From: the human T2T-CHM13v2.0 reference genome, Homo sapiens
Reading direction: 5' to 3' (one strand)
Length of the DNA: 64,000 nucleotides
Assembly: GCF_009914755.1 (NCBI RefSeq)
Contig: NC_060948.1
This document shows, in pieces, positions 26,101-40,495 of the stretch. The position numbers and the translations under genes were made by a program. Under the pieces are notes generated by a model that was given only the letters and a program-made list of their open reading frames with translations, did not search any database and was not told the origin of the DNA. Numbering within the stretch: the stretch's first letter is position 1; each line of letters begins with the position of its first letter.

Positions 26101-28925
26101 AAAGGTTCAATTCTGTGAGTTGAAAGCAAACATCACAAAGAAGTTTCTCAGAATGCGTCTGTGTAGTTTTGATGTGAAGATATTTCCTTTTCACAATAGA
26201 ATGCAAAGGGCTCCAAATATCCACTTGGAGATTCTACAAAAAGAGTTTCAAAACCGCTCTGTCAAATGATAGGTTGAACTCCCGGAGGTGAATACACACA
26301 TCACAAAGAGGTTTCTCAGCATGCTTCTGTGTAGTTTTTATGTAAACATATTTCCGTTTCTATCATAGGCCTCAAAGTGCTCCAAATATTCACTTGTACA
26401 TTCTACCAAACGAGTATTTCAAAACTGCTCAATCAAATGGAAGGTTCAAAACTGTGACATGAATGCCCACATCACAAAGTAGTTTCTCAGAATGCTTCTG
26501 TGTAGTTTTTATGTGAAGATATTTCCTTTTCCACAACAGCGTGCAAAACGCTTCAAATATGCCCTTAGAGATTCCACAAAAAGAGTGTTTCCAAACTACT
26601 CAAATCAAAAAATGATTTCAACTCTGTGAGATGAATGCACACATCACAAACTAGTTTCTCAGAATGTTTCTGCCTGGTTCTCATGCGAAGATAGTTCCTT
26701 TTTCACCATAGGCCGCAATGTACTCCAAATATCCACCTGCAGATTCTACAAAAGTGAGTTTCAAAACTGCTCTATCAAAAGATCAGTTCGTCTCTGTGAG
26801 TTGAATGCATACATCAAAAAGAAGCTTCTCAAAATGCTTCTGTGTGGTTTTTCGGTGAAGATAGTTCTTTTTCTACCATAGGTCTCAAACCACTCCAAAT
26901 ATCCACTTGTAGATTCTATAAAAAGGAATGTTCAAAATTGCTCAATAAAAATAAAGTTTCAACACCGTGAGATGAGTGCACAAATCACAAAGAAGTTTCT
27001 CAAAATGCTTCTGGGTAGTTTTTCTGTGAAGATAGTTCCTTTTCTACCATGGGCCACAAAGGGCTCCAAATACCCACTTGCAGATTCTACAAAAAGAGAG
27101 TTTCACAACTGCTCTATCAAACAATATGTTCAACTTTGTGGGTTGAACACAAATATCACAAGAATTTTCTCCCAATGCTTCTGTGTAGTTTTTATGTGAA
27201 GACATTTCTTTTCCCTCCATAGTCCACAAAGTGCTCCAAATATCCACTTACATATTCTAGAAAAAGATTGCTTGGAAACTGCACAATGAAAAGAAAGGTT
27301 CAAATATATGAGATGAATGCACACATCACAAAGAAGTTTCTCAGAATCTCTCTGTGTAATTTTTATGTGAAGATATTTCCTTTCCCACCTTAGGTCTTAA
27401 AACGCTCCAAATATCCACTTGCAGATACTACAAGAAGATTGTTTCAAAACTGCACAAAAAAAGAAATGTTCAATTCTGTTTGATGAATGCACACATCACA
27501 AAGAAGTTTCTCAGAATGCTTCTCTGTAGTTTTTATGTGAAGATATTTCCTTTTCCACAATAGGCCTCAAAGGGCTCCAAATATCCACTTCCAGATTCTA
27601 TGAAAAGAATATTTCCAAACTGCTCAATCATAGGAAATGTTCAACTCTGTGAGATGAATGCACACATCACAAGAAATTTCTCAGAATCCTTCAGTGTAGG
27701 TTTTATGAGAAGATAATTCCTTTTCCACAATAGTTCTCAAAGCACTCAAAATATCCACTTGCAGATTCTACAAAAGGAGTATTTCAAAACTGCTCAATCA
27801 AAAGAAAGGTTCAACTCTGTGAGATGAATGGACACATCACAAAGAAGTTTCTCAGAATGCTTCTGTGTAGTATTTTTGTGAAGATATTTCTTTTCCACCA
27901 TAGACCGCCAGGGGACACAAATATCCACTTTCAGATTCTACAACAAGAGAGGTTCAAAACTACTCGATCAAGAGATGGTTTCAACTATGTGAGTTGAATG
28001 CACACATCACAAAGAACTATGTCGGAATTCTTCTGTGTAGTTTTTATGTGAAGATATTTCCTTTTCCACAATAGACGTCAAAGTGATCCAGATATCCACT
28101 TGCAGATTCCACAAAAAGAGTGTTTCAAAAGTGCACAACCAAAAGAAAGGTTCAACTAGGTGAGATGAATGCACACATCAGAAGGAAGTTTCTCAGAATG
28201 CTTCTGCATAGCTTTTAAGGGAAGATACTTCCTTTTCCAACATAGGCCTCAAAGCACTCCAAATATCCTCCTGGAGATACCACAAAAAGAGTGTTTGCAA
28301 ACTGCTCAATCAAAAGAAAGATTTAACTCTGTGAGATGAATCCACACATGACAAAGAAGTTTCTCAGAATGCTTCTGTGTAGTTTTTATGTGAAGATATT
28401 TCCTTTTCCACAATAAGACCCAAAAGGCTCCAAATATTCACTTGCAGATTCTAAAAAAAACAGTGTTTCAAAACTGCTCAATCAAAAGATAGTTCAACTC
28501 TGTGAGAAGAATGCTCACATCACTGAGAAGTTTCTCAGAATGCTTCTGTGTAGTTTTTATATGAAGATATTTCCTTTCCCACCGTAGGCCACAAAAGGCT
28601 CCAAATATCCACTTGCAGATACTATGAAAAGAGAGTTTCAAAACTGCTCATTCAAAAGATAGGTTCAACTCTGTGGTTTGAATGCACACAGCACAAAGAA
28701 GTTTCACAGAATGTGTCTGTGTAGTTTTTATGTGCGGATGTTTCCTTTTCCACCATATGCCTAAATATTTCCCAATTTCCACTTGCAGATTCCACAAGAA
28801 GAGTGTTTCAAAACTGCTGTATCAAATAAAGTTGAACTCTGTGAGGTGAATGCACACAGCACAAAATGGTTTCTCAGAATGCTTCCTTGTTGTTTTTATA
28901 TGAAGATGTTTCCTTTTCAACAATA
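23141..28925 (-). repeat. HOR copy 5
   Basis: Same period; private G at 24611, G at 26171. Confidence 0.95.
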
Positions 28926-31900
28926 GGCCTCAAAGTGCTTCAAATGTCCACTTGCAGATTCTACAAAAAGAGTGTTTCAAAACTGCTCAATCAAAAGAAA
29001 GGTTCGACTCTGGGAAATTAATGCACACATCACAAAGAAGTTTCTCAGCTTCTGTGTAGTTTTCATGTGAAGTTATTTCCTTTTCCACAATAGGCCGCAA
29101 AGGGCTCCAAATATCAACTTACAGATTCTAGGAAAAGAGAGTTTCAAAACTGCTCTACGAAAAGATAGGTTGAACTCTGTGAGATGAATGCACACATCAC
29201 AAAGAAGTTTCTCAGAATGCATCTGTGTAGTTTTTACGGGAAGATATTTCCTTTTCCACCATCTTCCACAAAGGTCTCCAAGTAACCACTTGCAGATTCT
29301 ACAGAAAGACACTTTAAAAACTGCTCTATCAAAAGATCAGTTCAAGTCTGTGGTTTGAATGCACACATCACAAAGAATTTTCTCAGAATGCTTCTGTGTA
29401 GTTTTCATATGAAGATATTTCCTTTTCCACCATAGGCCTCAAAGCACTCCAAATATCCACTTGCAGATTCTACAAAAAGAGATTTTCAAAACTAGTCAAT
29501 CAAAAGAAAGGTTCAACTCTGTCAGTTGAATGCACATATCACAAACAAGTTTCTCGGAATGCGTCTGTGTAGTTTTTATGTGAAGATATTTCCTTCTCCA
29601 CAACAGGCCTCAAAGTGCTCCGAATATCCACTTGCAGATTTTACTAAAGAGTGTTTCCAAACTGCTCAATCAAGAGGAAGTTTCAAGTCTGTGAGCTGAA
29701 CGCACACATCACAAAGTAGTTTCTGAGAATGCTTCTGTGTAGTTTTTATGTGAAGATGTTTCCTTTTCCACCATAGGCTGCAAAGGGCTCCAAATATCCA
29801 CTTGCAGATTCTACAAAAAGAGAGTTTCAAAAGTGCTCTATCAAAAGATAGGTTCAACTATGTGATATGAATGCACACATCACAAAGTAGTTTCTCAGAA
29901 TGCTTCTGTGTAGTTTTTATGTAAAGATATTTCCTTTTCCACCATAGGCCTCAAAGCACTCCAAATATCCACTTGCAGATTCTACAAAAAGAGATTTTCA
30001 AAACTATTTAATCAAAAGAAAGGTTCAAATCTGTCAGTTGAAGGTACATATCACAAACAAGTTTATTGGAATGCTTCTGTGTAGTTTTTATGTGAAGATA
30101 TTTCCTTTTCCACAACAGGCCTCCAGGTGCTCCAAATATCCACTTGCAGATTTCACTAAAAGTGTGTTTCCAAGCTGCTCAATCAAGAGGAAGTTTCAAG
30201 TCTGTGAGGTGAATGCACACATTACAAAGAAGTTACTGAGAATGCTTCTGTGTAGTTTTTATGTGAAGATATTTCCTTTTCCACCGCAGGCCTCAAAGCG
30301 CTGCAAATATCCACTTGCAGATTCTACAAAAAGAGAGTTTCAAAACTGCTGTATCAAAAGATAGGGTCAACTCTGCGAGTTGAATAAACACATCACAAAT
30401 AAGTTTCTGGGAACGCTTCTGTATAGTTTTATGTGAATATATTTCCTTTTCCACCATATGCCTCAAAGCACTCCAAATATCCACTTGCACATTATAGAAA
30501 CATAGTCTTTCAAAACTTGTCAATCAAAGAAAGGTTCAACTCCGTGAGATGAGTGCACACATCACAGAGAAGTTTCTCGGAATGTTTCTGTGTAGTTTTT
30601 ATGTGAAGATATTGCCTTTTCCACAATAGGCCTCAAAGCGTTCCAAATATCCAATTGCAGATTCCACAAAAAAAGTTTTTTAAAACTGCTCAATCAAATG
30701 ATAGATTAAACTCTGTGAGATTAGTGCACACATGTCAAAAAAGTTTCTCAGAATGCTTCTGTGTACATTTTAGGGGAAGATATTTCCTTTTCCACCATCG
30801 GCCACAAAGGACTCCAAATAACCACATGCAGATTCTAGTAACACAGAGTTTCAAAACTGCTCTATCAAAAGATAAGTTCAACTCTGAGAGTTTAGTGCAA
30901 CCATCGTGAAGAAGTTTCTCAGAATGCTTCTGAGTAGTGTTTATGTGAAGATATTTCCTTTTCCACCATAGGCCTGAAAGCCCTCCAAATATCCACTTGC
31001 AGATCCTACAAAAAGAAAGTTTCGAAATGCTCTCTCAAACGATAGTTTCGACTCTGTGGTATGAATACACACATCACAAAGAAGTTTCTCAGAATGCTTC
31101 TGTGTAGTTTTTAAATGAAGATATTTCTTTTTCCACCATAGGCCTCAAAGCACTCCAAATATGCACTTCCAGATTCTACAAAAAGAGTGTTTCAGAACTG
31201 CTCAATCAAAAGGAAGGTTCCAGTCTGAGACAAATACACACATCAAAAGTTAGTTTCTCAGAATGCTTCTGTGTAGTTTTTATGTGAAGATATTTTCCTT
31301 TCCACCATAGGCCACAAATGGCTCTAAATACCCACTTACATTTTCCACAAAAAGAGAGTTTCAAAACTGCTCTACCAAAGGTAAGTTTAACGCTGTGAGT
31401 TAAGAACATCACAAAGAAGTTTCTCAGAATGCTTCTGTGTAGTTCTTACGTAAAGATATTTCCTTTTACACAATAGGCAGAAAAGTGCTCCAAATATCCA
31501 CTTGAAGATTCTACAAAAACCGTGTTTCAAAACTGCCGAATCAAAAGAAAGGTTCAACTCTGTGAGATGAATGCACACATAACAAAGGAGTTTCTCAGAA
31601 TGCTTCTGTGTAGCTTTTATATGAAGACATTTAGTTTTCCACAACAGGCCTCAAAGCTCTCTCCATATCCACTTGCAGATTCTACCGAAAGAGTGCTTCC
31701 AAACTGCTCAATCAAAAGAGACATTCAAATCTGTGAGGTGAATGCAGACATCGTAAAGAAGTTTCTCAGAATGCTTCTGTGTATTTTTTGTGTGAAGTTA
31801 TTCGTTTTTGCACCATAGGCCTCCAAGCGTTCTAAATATCCACTTCTAGATTCTACAAAAAGAGAGTTTCAAAACTACTCAAACAAAAGGTTCAATTCTG

Positions 31901-34710
31901 TGAGTTGAAAGCAAACATCACAAAGAAGTTTCTCAGAATGCGTCTGTGTAGTTTTTATGTGAAGATATTTCCTTTTCACAATAGAATGCAAAGGGCTCCA
32001 AATATCCACTTGGAGATTCTACAAAAAGAGTTTCAAAACCGCTCTGTCAAATGATAGGTTGAACTCCCGGAGGTGAATACACACATCACAAAGAGGTTTC
32101 TCAGCATGCTTCTGTGTAGTTTTTATGTAAACATATTTCCGTTTCTATCATAGGCCTCAAAGTGCTCCAAATATTCACTTGTACATTCTACCAAACGAGT
32201 ATTTCAAAACTGCTCAATCAAATGGAAGGTTCAAAACTGTGACATGAATGCCCACATCACAAAGTAGTTTCTCAGAATGCTTCTGTGTAGTTTTTATGTG
32301 AAGATATTTCCTTTTCCACAACAGCGTGCAAAACGCTTCAAATATGCCCTTAGAGATTCCACAAAAAGAGTGTTTCCAAACTACTCAAATCAAAAAATGA
32401 TTTCAACTCTGTGAGATGAATGCACACATCACAAACTAGTTTCTCAGAATGTTTCTGCCTGGTTCTCATGCGAAGATAGTTCCTTTTTCACCATAGGCCG
32501 CAATGTACTCCAAATATCCACCTGCAGATTCTACAAAAGTGAGTTTCAAAACTGCTCTATCAAAAGATCAGTTCGTCTCTGTGAGTTGAATGCATACATC
32601 AAAAAGAAGCTTCTCAAAATGCTTCTGTGTGGTTTTTCGGTGAAGATAGTTCTTTTTCTACCATAGGTCTCAAACCACTCCAAATATCCACTTGTAGATT
32701 CTATAAAAAGGAATGTTCAAAATTGCTCAATAAAAATAAAGTTTCAACACCGTGAGATGAGTGCACAAATCACAAAGAAGTTTCTCAAAATGCTTCTGGG
32801 TAGTTTTTCTGTGAAGATAGTTCCTTTTCTACCATGGGCCACAAAGGGCTCCAAATACCCACTTGCAGATTCTACAAAAAGAGAGTTTCACAACTGCTCT
32901 ATCAAACAATATGTTCAACTTTGTGGGTTGAACACAAATATCACAAGAATTTTCTCCCAATGCTTCTGTGTAGTTTTTATGTGAAGACATTTCTTTTCCC
33001 TCCATAGTCCACAAAGTGCTCCAAATATCCACTTACATATTCTAGAAAAAGATTGCTTGGAAACTGCACAATGAAAAGAAAGGTTCAAATATATGAGATG
33101 AATGCACACATCACAAAGAAGTTTCTCAGAATCTCTCTGTGTAATTTTTATGTGAAGATATTTCCTTTCCCACCTTAGGTCTTAAAACGCTCCAAATATC
33201 CACTTGCAGATACTACAAGAAGATTGTTTCAAAACTGCACAAAAAAAGAAATGTTCAATTCTGTTTGATGAATGCACACATCACAAAGAAGTTTCTCAGA
33301 ATGCTTCTCTGTAGTTTTTATGTGAAGATATTTCCTTTTCCACAATAGGCCTCAAAGGGCTCCAAATATCCACTTCCAGATTCTATGAAAAGAATATTTC
33401 CAAACTGCTCAATCATAGGAAATGTTCAACTCTGTGAGATGAATGCACACATCACAAGAAATTTCTCAGAATCCTTCAGTGTAGGTTTTATGAGAAGATA
33501 ATTCCTTTTCCACAATAGTTCTCAAAGCACTCAAAATATCCACTTGCAGATTCTACAAAAGGAGTATTTCAAAACTGCTCAATCAAAAGAAAGGTTCAAC
33601 TCTGTGGGATGAATGGACACATCACAAAGAAGTTTCTCAGAATGCTTCTGTGTAGTATTTTTGTGAAGATATTTCTTTTCCACCATAGACCGCCAGGGGA
33701 CACAAATATCCACTTTCAGATTCTACAACAAGAGAGGTTCAAAACTACTCGATCAAGAGATGGTTTCAACTATGTGAGTTGAATGCACACATCACAAAGA
33801 ACTATGTCGGAATTCTTCTGTGTAGTTTTTATGTGAAGATATTTCCTTTTCCACAATAGACGTCAAAGTGATCCAGATATCCACTTGCAGATTCCACAAA
33901 AAGAGTGTTTCAAAAGTGCACAACCAAAAGAAAGGTTCAACTAGGTGAGATGAATGCACACATCAGAAGGAAGTTTCTCAGAATGCTTCTGCATAGCTTT
34001 TAAGGGAAGATACTTCCTTTTCCAACATAGGCCTCAAAGCACTCCAAATATCCTCCTGGAGATACCACAAAAAGAGTGTTTGCAAACTGCTCAATCAAAA
34101 GAAAGATTTAACTCTGTGAGATGAATCCACACATGACAAAGAAGTTTCTCAGAATGCTTCTGTGTAGTTTTTATGTGAAGATATTTCCTTTTCCACAATA
34201 AGACCCAAAAGGCTCCAAATATTCACTTGCAGATTCTAAAAAAGACAGTGTTTCAAAACTGCACAATCAAAAGATAGTTCAACTCTGTGAGAAGAATGCT
34301 CACATCACTGAGAAGTTTCTCAGAATGCTTCTGTGTAGTTTTTATATGAAGATATTTCCTTTCCCACCGTAGGCCACAAAAGGCTCCAAATATCCACTTG
34401 CAGATACTATGAAAAGAGAGTTTCAAAACTGCTCATTCAAAAGATAGGTTCAACTCTGTGGTTTGAATGCACACAGCACAAAGAAGTTTCACAGAATGTG
34501 TCTGTGTAGTTTTTATGTGCGGATGTTTCCTTTTCCACCATATGCCTAAATATTTCCCAATTTCCACTTGCAGATTCCACAAGAAGAGTGTTTCAAAACT
34601 GCTGTATCAAATAAAGTTGAACTCTGTGAGGTGAATGCACACAGCACAAAATGGTTTCTCAGAATGCTTCCTTGTTGTTTTTATATGAAGATGTTTCCTT
34701 TTCAACAATA
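28926..34710 (-). repeat. HOR copy 6
   Basis: Same period; private variants at 30767, 31250, 34244, 34263; shared G at 33607. Confidence 0.95.
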
Positions 34711-37700
34711 GGCCTCAAAGTGCTTCAAATGTCCACTTGCAGATTCTACAAAAAGAGTGTTTCAAAACTGCTCAATCAAAAGAAAGGTTCGACTCTGGGA
34801 AATTAATGCACACATCACAAAGAAGTTTCTCAGCTTCTGTGTAGTTTTCATGTGAAGTTATTTCCTTTTCCACAATAGGCCGCAAAGGGCTCCAAATATC
34901 AACTTACAGATTCTAGGAAAAGAGAGTTTCAAAACTGCTCTATGAAAAGATAGGTTGAACTCTGTGAGATGAATGCACACATCACAAAGAAGTTTCTCAG
35001 AATGCATCTGTGTAGTTTTTACGGGAAGATATTTCCTTTTCCACCATCTTCCACAAAGGTCTCCAAGTAACCACTTGCAGATTCTACAGAAAGACACTTT
35101 AAAAACTGCTCTATCAAAAGATCAGTTCAAGTCTGTGGTTTGAATGCACACATCACAAAGAATTTTCTCAGAATGCTTCTGTGTAGTTTTCATATGAAGA
35201 TATTTCCTTTTCCACCATAGGCCTCAAAGCACTCCAAATATCCACTTGCAGATTCTACAAAAAGAGATTTTCAAAACTAGTCAATCAAAAGAAAGGTTCA
35301 ACTCTGTCAGTTGAATGCACATATCACAAACAAGTTTCTCGGAATGCGTCTGTGTAGTTTTTATGTGAAGATATTTCCTTCTCCACAACAGGCCTCAAAG
35401 TGCTCCGAATATCCACTTGCAGATTTTACTAAAGAGTGTTTCCAAACTGCTCAATCAAGAGGAAGTTTCAAGTCTGTGAGCTGAACGCACACATCACAAA
35501 GTAGTTTCTGAGAATGCTTCTGTGTAGTTTTTATGTGAAGATGTTTCCTTTTCCACCATAGGCTGCAAAGGGCTCCAAATATCCACTTGCAGATTCTACA
35601 AAAAGAGAGTTTCAAAAGTGCTCTATCAAAAGATAGGTTCAACTATGTGATATGAATGCACACATCACAAAGTAGTTTCTCAGAATGCTTCTGTGTAGTT
35701 TTTATGTAAAGATATTTCCTTTTCCACCATAGGCCTCAAAGCACTCCAAATATCTACTTGCAGATTCTACAAAAAGAGATTTTCAAAACTATTTAATCAA
35801 AAGAAAGGTTCAAATCTGTCAGTTGAAGGTACATATCACAAACAAGTTTATTGGAATGCTTCTGTGTAGTTTTTATGTGAAGATATTTCCTTTTCCACAA
35901 CAGGCCTCAAGGTGCTCCAAATATCCACTTGCAGATTTCACTAAAAGTGTGTTTCCAAGCTGCTCAATCAAGAGGAAGTTTCAAGTCTGTGAGGTGAATG
36001 CACACATTACAAAGAAGTTACTGAGAATGCTTCTGTGTAGTTTTTATGTGAAGATATTTCCTTTTCCACCGCAGGCCTCAAAGCGCTGCAAATATCCACT
36101 TGCAGATTCTACAAAAAGAGAGTTTCAAAACTGCTGTATCAAAAGATAGGGTCAACTCTGCGAGTTGAATAAACACATCACAAATAAGTTTCTGGGAACG
36201 CTTCTGTATAGTTTTATGTGAATATATTTCCTTTTCCACCATATGCCTCAAAGCACTCCAAATATCCACTTGCACATTATAGAAACATAGTCTTTCAAAA
36301 CTTGTCAATCAAAGAAAGGTTCAACTCCGTGAGATGAGTGCACACATCACAGAGAAGTTTCTCGGAATGTTTCTGTGTAGTTTTTATGTGAAGATATTGC
36401 CTTTTCCACAATAGGCCTCAAAGCGTTCCAAATATCCAATTGCAGATTCCACAAAAAAAGTTTTTTAAAACTGCTCAATCAAATGATAGATTAAACTCTG
36501 TGAGATTAGTGCACACATGTCAAAAAAGTTTCTCAGAATGCTTCTGTGTACTTTTTAGGGGAAGATATTTCCTTTTCCACCATCGGCCACAAAGGACTCC
36601 AAATAACCACATGCAGATTCTAGTAACACAGAGTTTCAAAACTGCTCTATCAAAAGATAAGTTCAACTCTGAGAGTTTAGTGCAACCATCGTGAAGAAGT
36701 TTCTCAGAATGCTTCTGAGTAGTGTTTATGTGAAGATATTTCCTTTTCCACCATAGGCCTGAAAGCCCTCCAAATATCCACTTGCAGATCCTACAAAAAG
36801 AAAGTTTCGAAATGCTCTCTCAAACGATAGTTTCGACTCTGTGGTATGAATACACACATCACAAAGAAGTTTCTCAGAATGCTTCTGTGTAGTTTTTAAA
36901 TGAAGATATTTCTTTTTCCACCATAGGCCTCAAAGCACTCCAAATATGCACTTCCAGATTCTACAAAAAGAGTGTTTCAGAACTGCTCAATCAAAAGGAA
37001 GGTTCCAGTCTGAGACAAATACACACATCAAAAGGTAGTTTCTCAGAATGCTTCTGTGTAGTTTTTATGTGAAGATATTTTCCTTTCCACCATAGGCCAC
37101 AAATGGCTCTAAATACCCACTTACATTTTCCACAAAAAGAGAGTTTCAAAACTGCTCTACCAAAGGTAAGTTTAACGCTGTGAGTTAAGAACATCACAAA
37201 GAAGTTTCTCAGAATGCTTCTGTGTAGTTCTTACGTAAAGATATTTCCTTTTACACAATAGGCAGAAAAGTGCTCCAAATATCCACTTGAAGATTCTACA
37301 AAAACCGTGTTTCAAAACTGCCGAATCAAAAGAAAGGTTCAACTCTGTGAGATGAATGCACACATAACAAAGGAGTTTCTCAGAATGCTTCTGTGTAGCT
37401 TTTATATGAAGACATTTAGTTTTCCACAACAGGCCTCAAAGCTCTCTCCATATCCACTTGCAGATTCTACCGAAAGAGTGCTTCCAAACTGCTCAATCAA
37501 AAGAGACATTCAAATCTGTGAGGTGAATGCAGACATCGTAAAGAAGTTTCTCAGAATGCTTCTGTGTATTTTTTGTGTGAAGTTATTCGTTTTTGCACCA
37601 TAGGCCTCCAAGCGTTCTAAATATCCACTTCTAGATTCTACAAAAAGAGAGTTTCAAAACTACTCAAACAAAAGGTTCAATTCTGTGAGTTGAAAGCAAA

Positions 37701-40495
37701 CATCACAAAGAAGTTTCTCAGAATGCGTCTGTGTAGTTTTTATGTGAAGATATTTCCTTTTCACAATAGAATGCAAAGGGCTCCAAATATCCACTTGGAG
37801 ATTCTACAAAAAGAGTTTCAAAACCGCTCTGTCAAATGATAGGTTGAACTCCCGGAGGTGAATACACACATCACAAAGAGGTTTCTCAGCATGCTTCTGT
37901 GTAGTTTTTATGTAAACATATTTCCGTTTCTATCATAGGCCTCAAAGTGCTCCAAATATTCACTTGTACATTCTACCAAACGAGTATTTCAAAACTGCTC
38001 AATCAAATGGAAGGTTCAAAACTGTGACATGAATGCCCACATCACAAAGTAGTTTCTCAGAATGCTTCTGTGTAGTTTTTATGTGAAGATATTTCCTTTT
38101 CCACAACAGCGTGCAAAACGCTTCAAATATGCCCTTAGAGATTCCACAAAAAGAGTGTTTCCAAACTACTCAAATCAAAAAATGATTTCAACTCTGTGAG
38201 ATGAATGCACACATCACAAACTAGTTTCTCAGAATGTTTCTGCCTGGTTCTCATGCGAAGATAGTTCCTTTTTCACCATAGGCCGCAATGTACTCCAAAT
38301 ATCCACCTGCAGATTCTACAAAAGTGAGTTTCAAAACTGCTCTATCAAAAGATCAGTTCGTCTCTGTGAGTTGAATGCATACATCAAAAAGAAGCTTCTC
38401 AAAATGCTTCTGTGTGGTTTTTCGGTGAAGATAGTTCTTTTTCTACCATAGGTCTCAAACCACTCCAAATATCCACTTGTAGATTCTATAAAAAGGAATG
38501 TTCAAAATTGCTCAATAAAAATAAAGTTTCAACACCGTGAGATGAGTGCACAAATCACAAAGAAGTTTCTCAAAATGCTTCTGGGTAGTTTTTCTGTGAA
38601 GATAGTTCCTTTTCTACCATGGGCCACAAAGGGCTCCAAATACCCACTTGCAGATTCTACAAAAAGAGAGTTTCACAACTGCTCTATCAAACAATATGTT
38701 CAACTTTGTGGGTTGAACACAAATATCACAAGAATTTTCTCCCAATGCTTCTGTGTAGTTTTTATGTGAAGACATTTCTTTTCCCTCCATAGTCCACAAA
38801 GTGCTCCAAATATCCACTTACATATTCTAGAAAAAGATTGCTTGGAAACTGCACAATGAAAAGAAAGGTTCAAATATATGAGATGAATGCACACATCACA
38901 AAGAAGTTTCTCAGAATCTCTCTGTGTAATTTTTATGTGAAGATATTTCCTTTCCCACCTTAGGTCTTAAAACGCTCCAAATATCCACTTGCAGATACTA
39001 CAAGAAGATTGTTTCAAAACTGCACAAAAAAAGAAATGTTCAATTCTGTTTGATGAATGCACACATCACAAAGAAGTTTCTCAGAATGCTTCTCTGTAGT
39101 TTTTATGTGAAGATATTTCCTTTTCCACAATAGGCCTCAAAGGGCTCCAAATATCCACTTCCAGATTCTATGAAAAGAATATTTCCAAACTGCTCAATCA
39201 TAGGAAATGTTCAACTCTGTGAGATGAATGCACACATCACAAGAAATTTCTCAGAATCCTTCAGTGTAGGTTTTATGAGAAGATAATTCCTTTTCCACAA
39301 TAGTTCTCAAAGCACTCAAAATATCCACTTGCAGATTCTACAAAAGGAGTATTTCAAAACTGCTCAATCAAAAGAAAGGTTCAACTCTGTGGGATGAATG
39401 GACACATCACAAAGAAGTTTCTCAGAATGCTTCTGTGTAGTATTTTTGTGAAGATATTTCTTTTCCACCATAGACCGCCAGGGGACACAAATATCCACTT
39501 TCAGATTCTACAACAAGAGAGGTTCAAAACTACTCGATCAAGAGATGGTTTCAACTATGTGAGTTGAATGCACACATCACAAAGAACTATGTCGGAATTC
39601 TTCTGTGTAGTTTTTATGTGAAGATATTTCCTTTTCCACAATAGACGTCAAAGTGATCCAGATATCCACTTGCAGATTCCACAAAAAGAGTGTTTCAAAA
39701 GTGCACAACCAAAAGAAAGGTTCAACTAGGTGAGATGAATGCACACATCAGAAGGAAGTTTCTCAGAATGCTTCTGCATAGCTTTTAAGGGAAGATACTT
39801 CCTTTTCCAACATAGGCCTCAAAGCACTCCAAATATCCTCCTGGAGATACCACAAAAAGAGTGTTTGCAAACTGCTCAATCAAAAGAAAGATTTAACTCT
39901 GTGAGATGAATCCACACATGACAAAGAAGTTTCTCAGAATGCTTCTGTGTAGTTTTTATGTGAAGATATTTCCTTTTCCACAATAAGACCCAAAAGGCTC
40001 CAAATATTCACTTGCAGATTCTAAAAAAAACAGTGTTTCAAAACTGCTCAATCAAAAGATAGTTCAACTCTGTGAGAAGAATGCTCACATCACTGAGAAG
40101 TTTCTCAGAATGCTTCTGTGTAGTTTTTATATGAAGATATTTCCTTTCCCACCGTAGGCCACAAAAGGCTCCAAATATCCACTTGCAGATACTATGAAAA
40201 GAGAGTTTCAAAACTGCTCATTCAAAAGATAGGTTCAACTCTGTGGTTTGAATGCACACAGCACAAAGAAGTTTCACAGAATGTGTCTGTGTAGTTTTTA
40301 TGTGCGGATGTTTCCTTTTCCACCATATGCCTAAATATTTCCCAATTTCCACTTGCAGATTCCACAAGAAGAGTGTTTCAAAACTGCTGTATCAAATAAA
40401 GTTGAACTCTGTGAGGTGAATGCACACAGCACAAAATGGTTTCTCAGAATGCTTCCTTGTTGTTTTTATATGAAGATGTTTCCTTTTCAACAATA
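34711..40495 (-). repeat. HOR copy 7
   Basis: Same period; T at 34943, private T at 35755, A at 35909, G at 39392. Confidence 0.95.
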
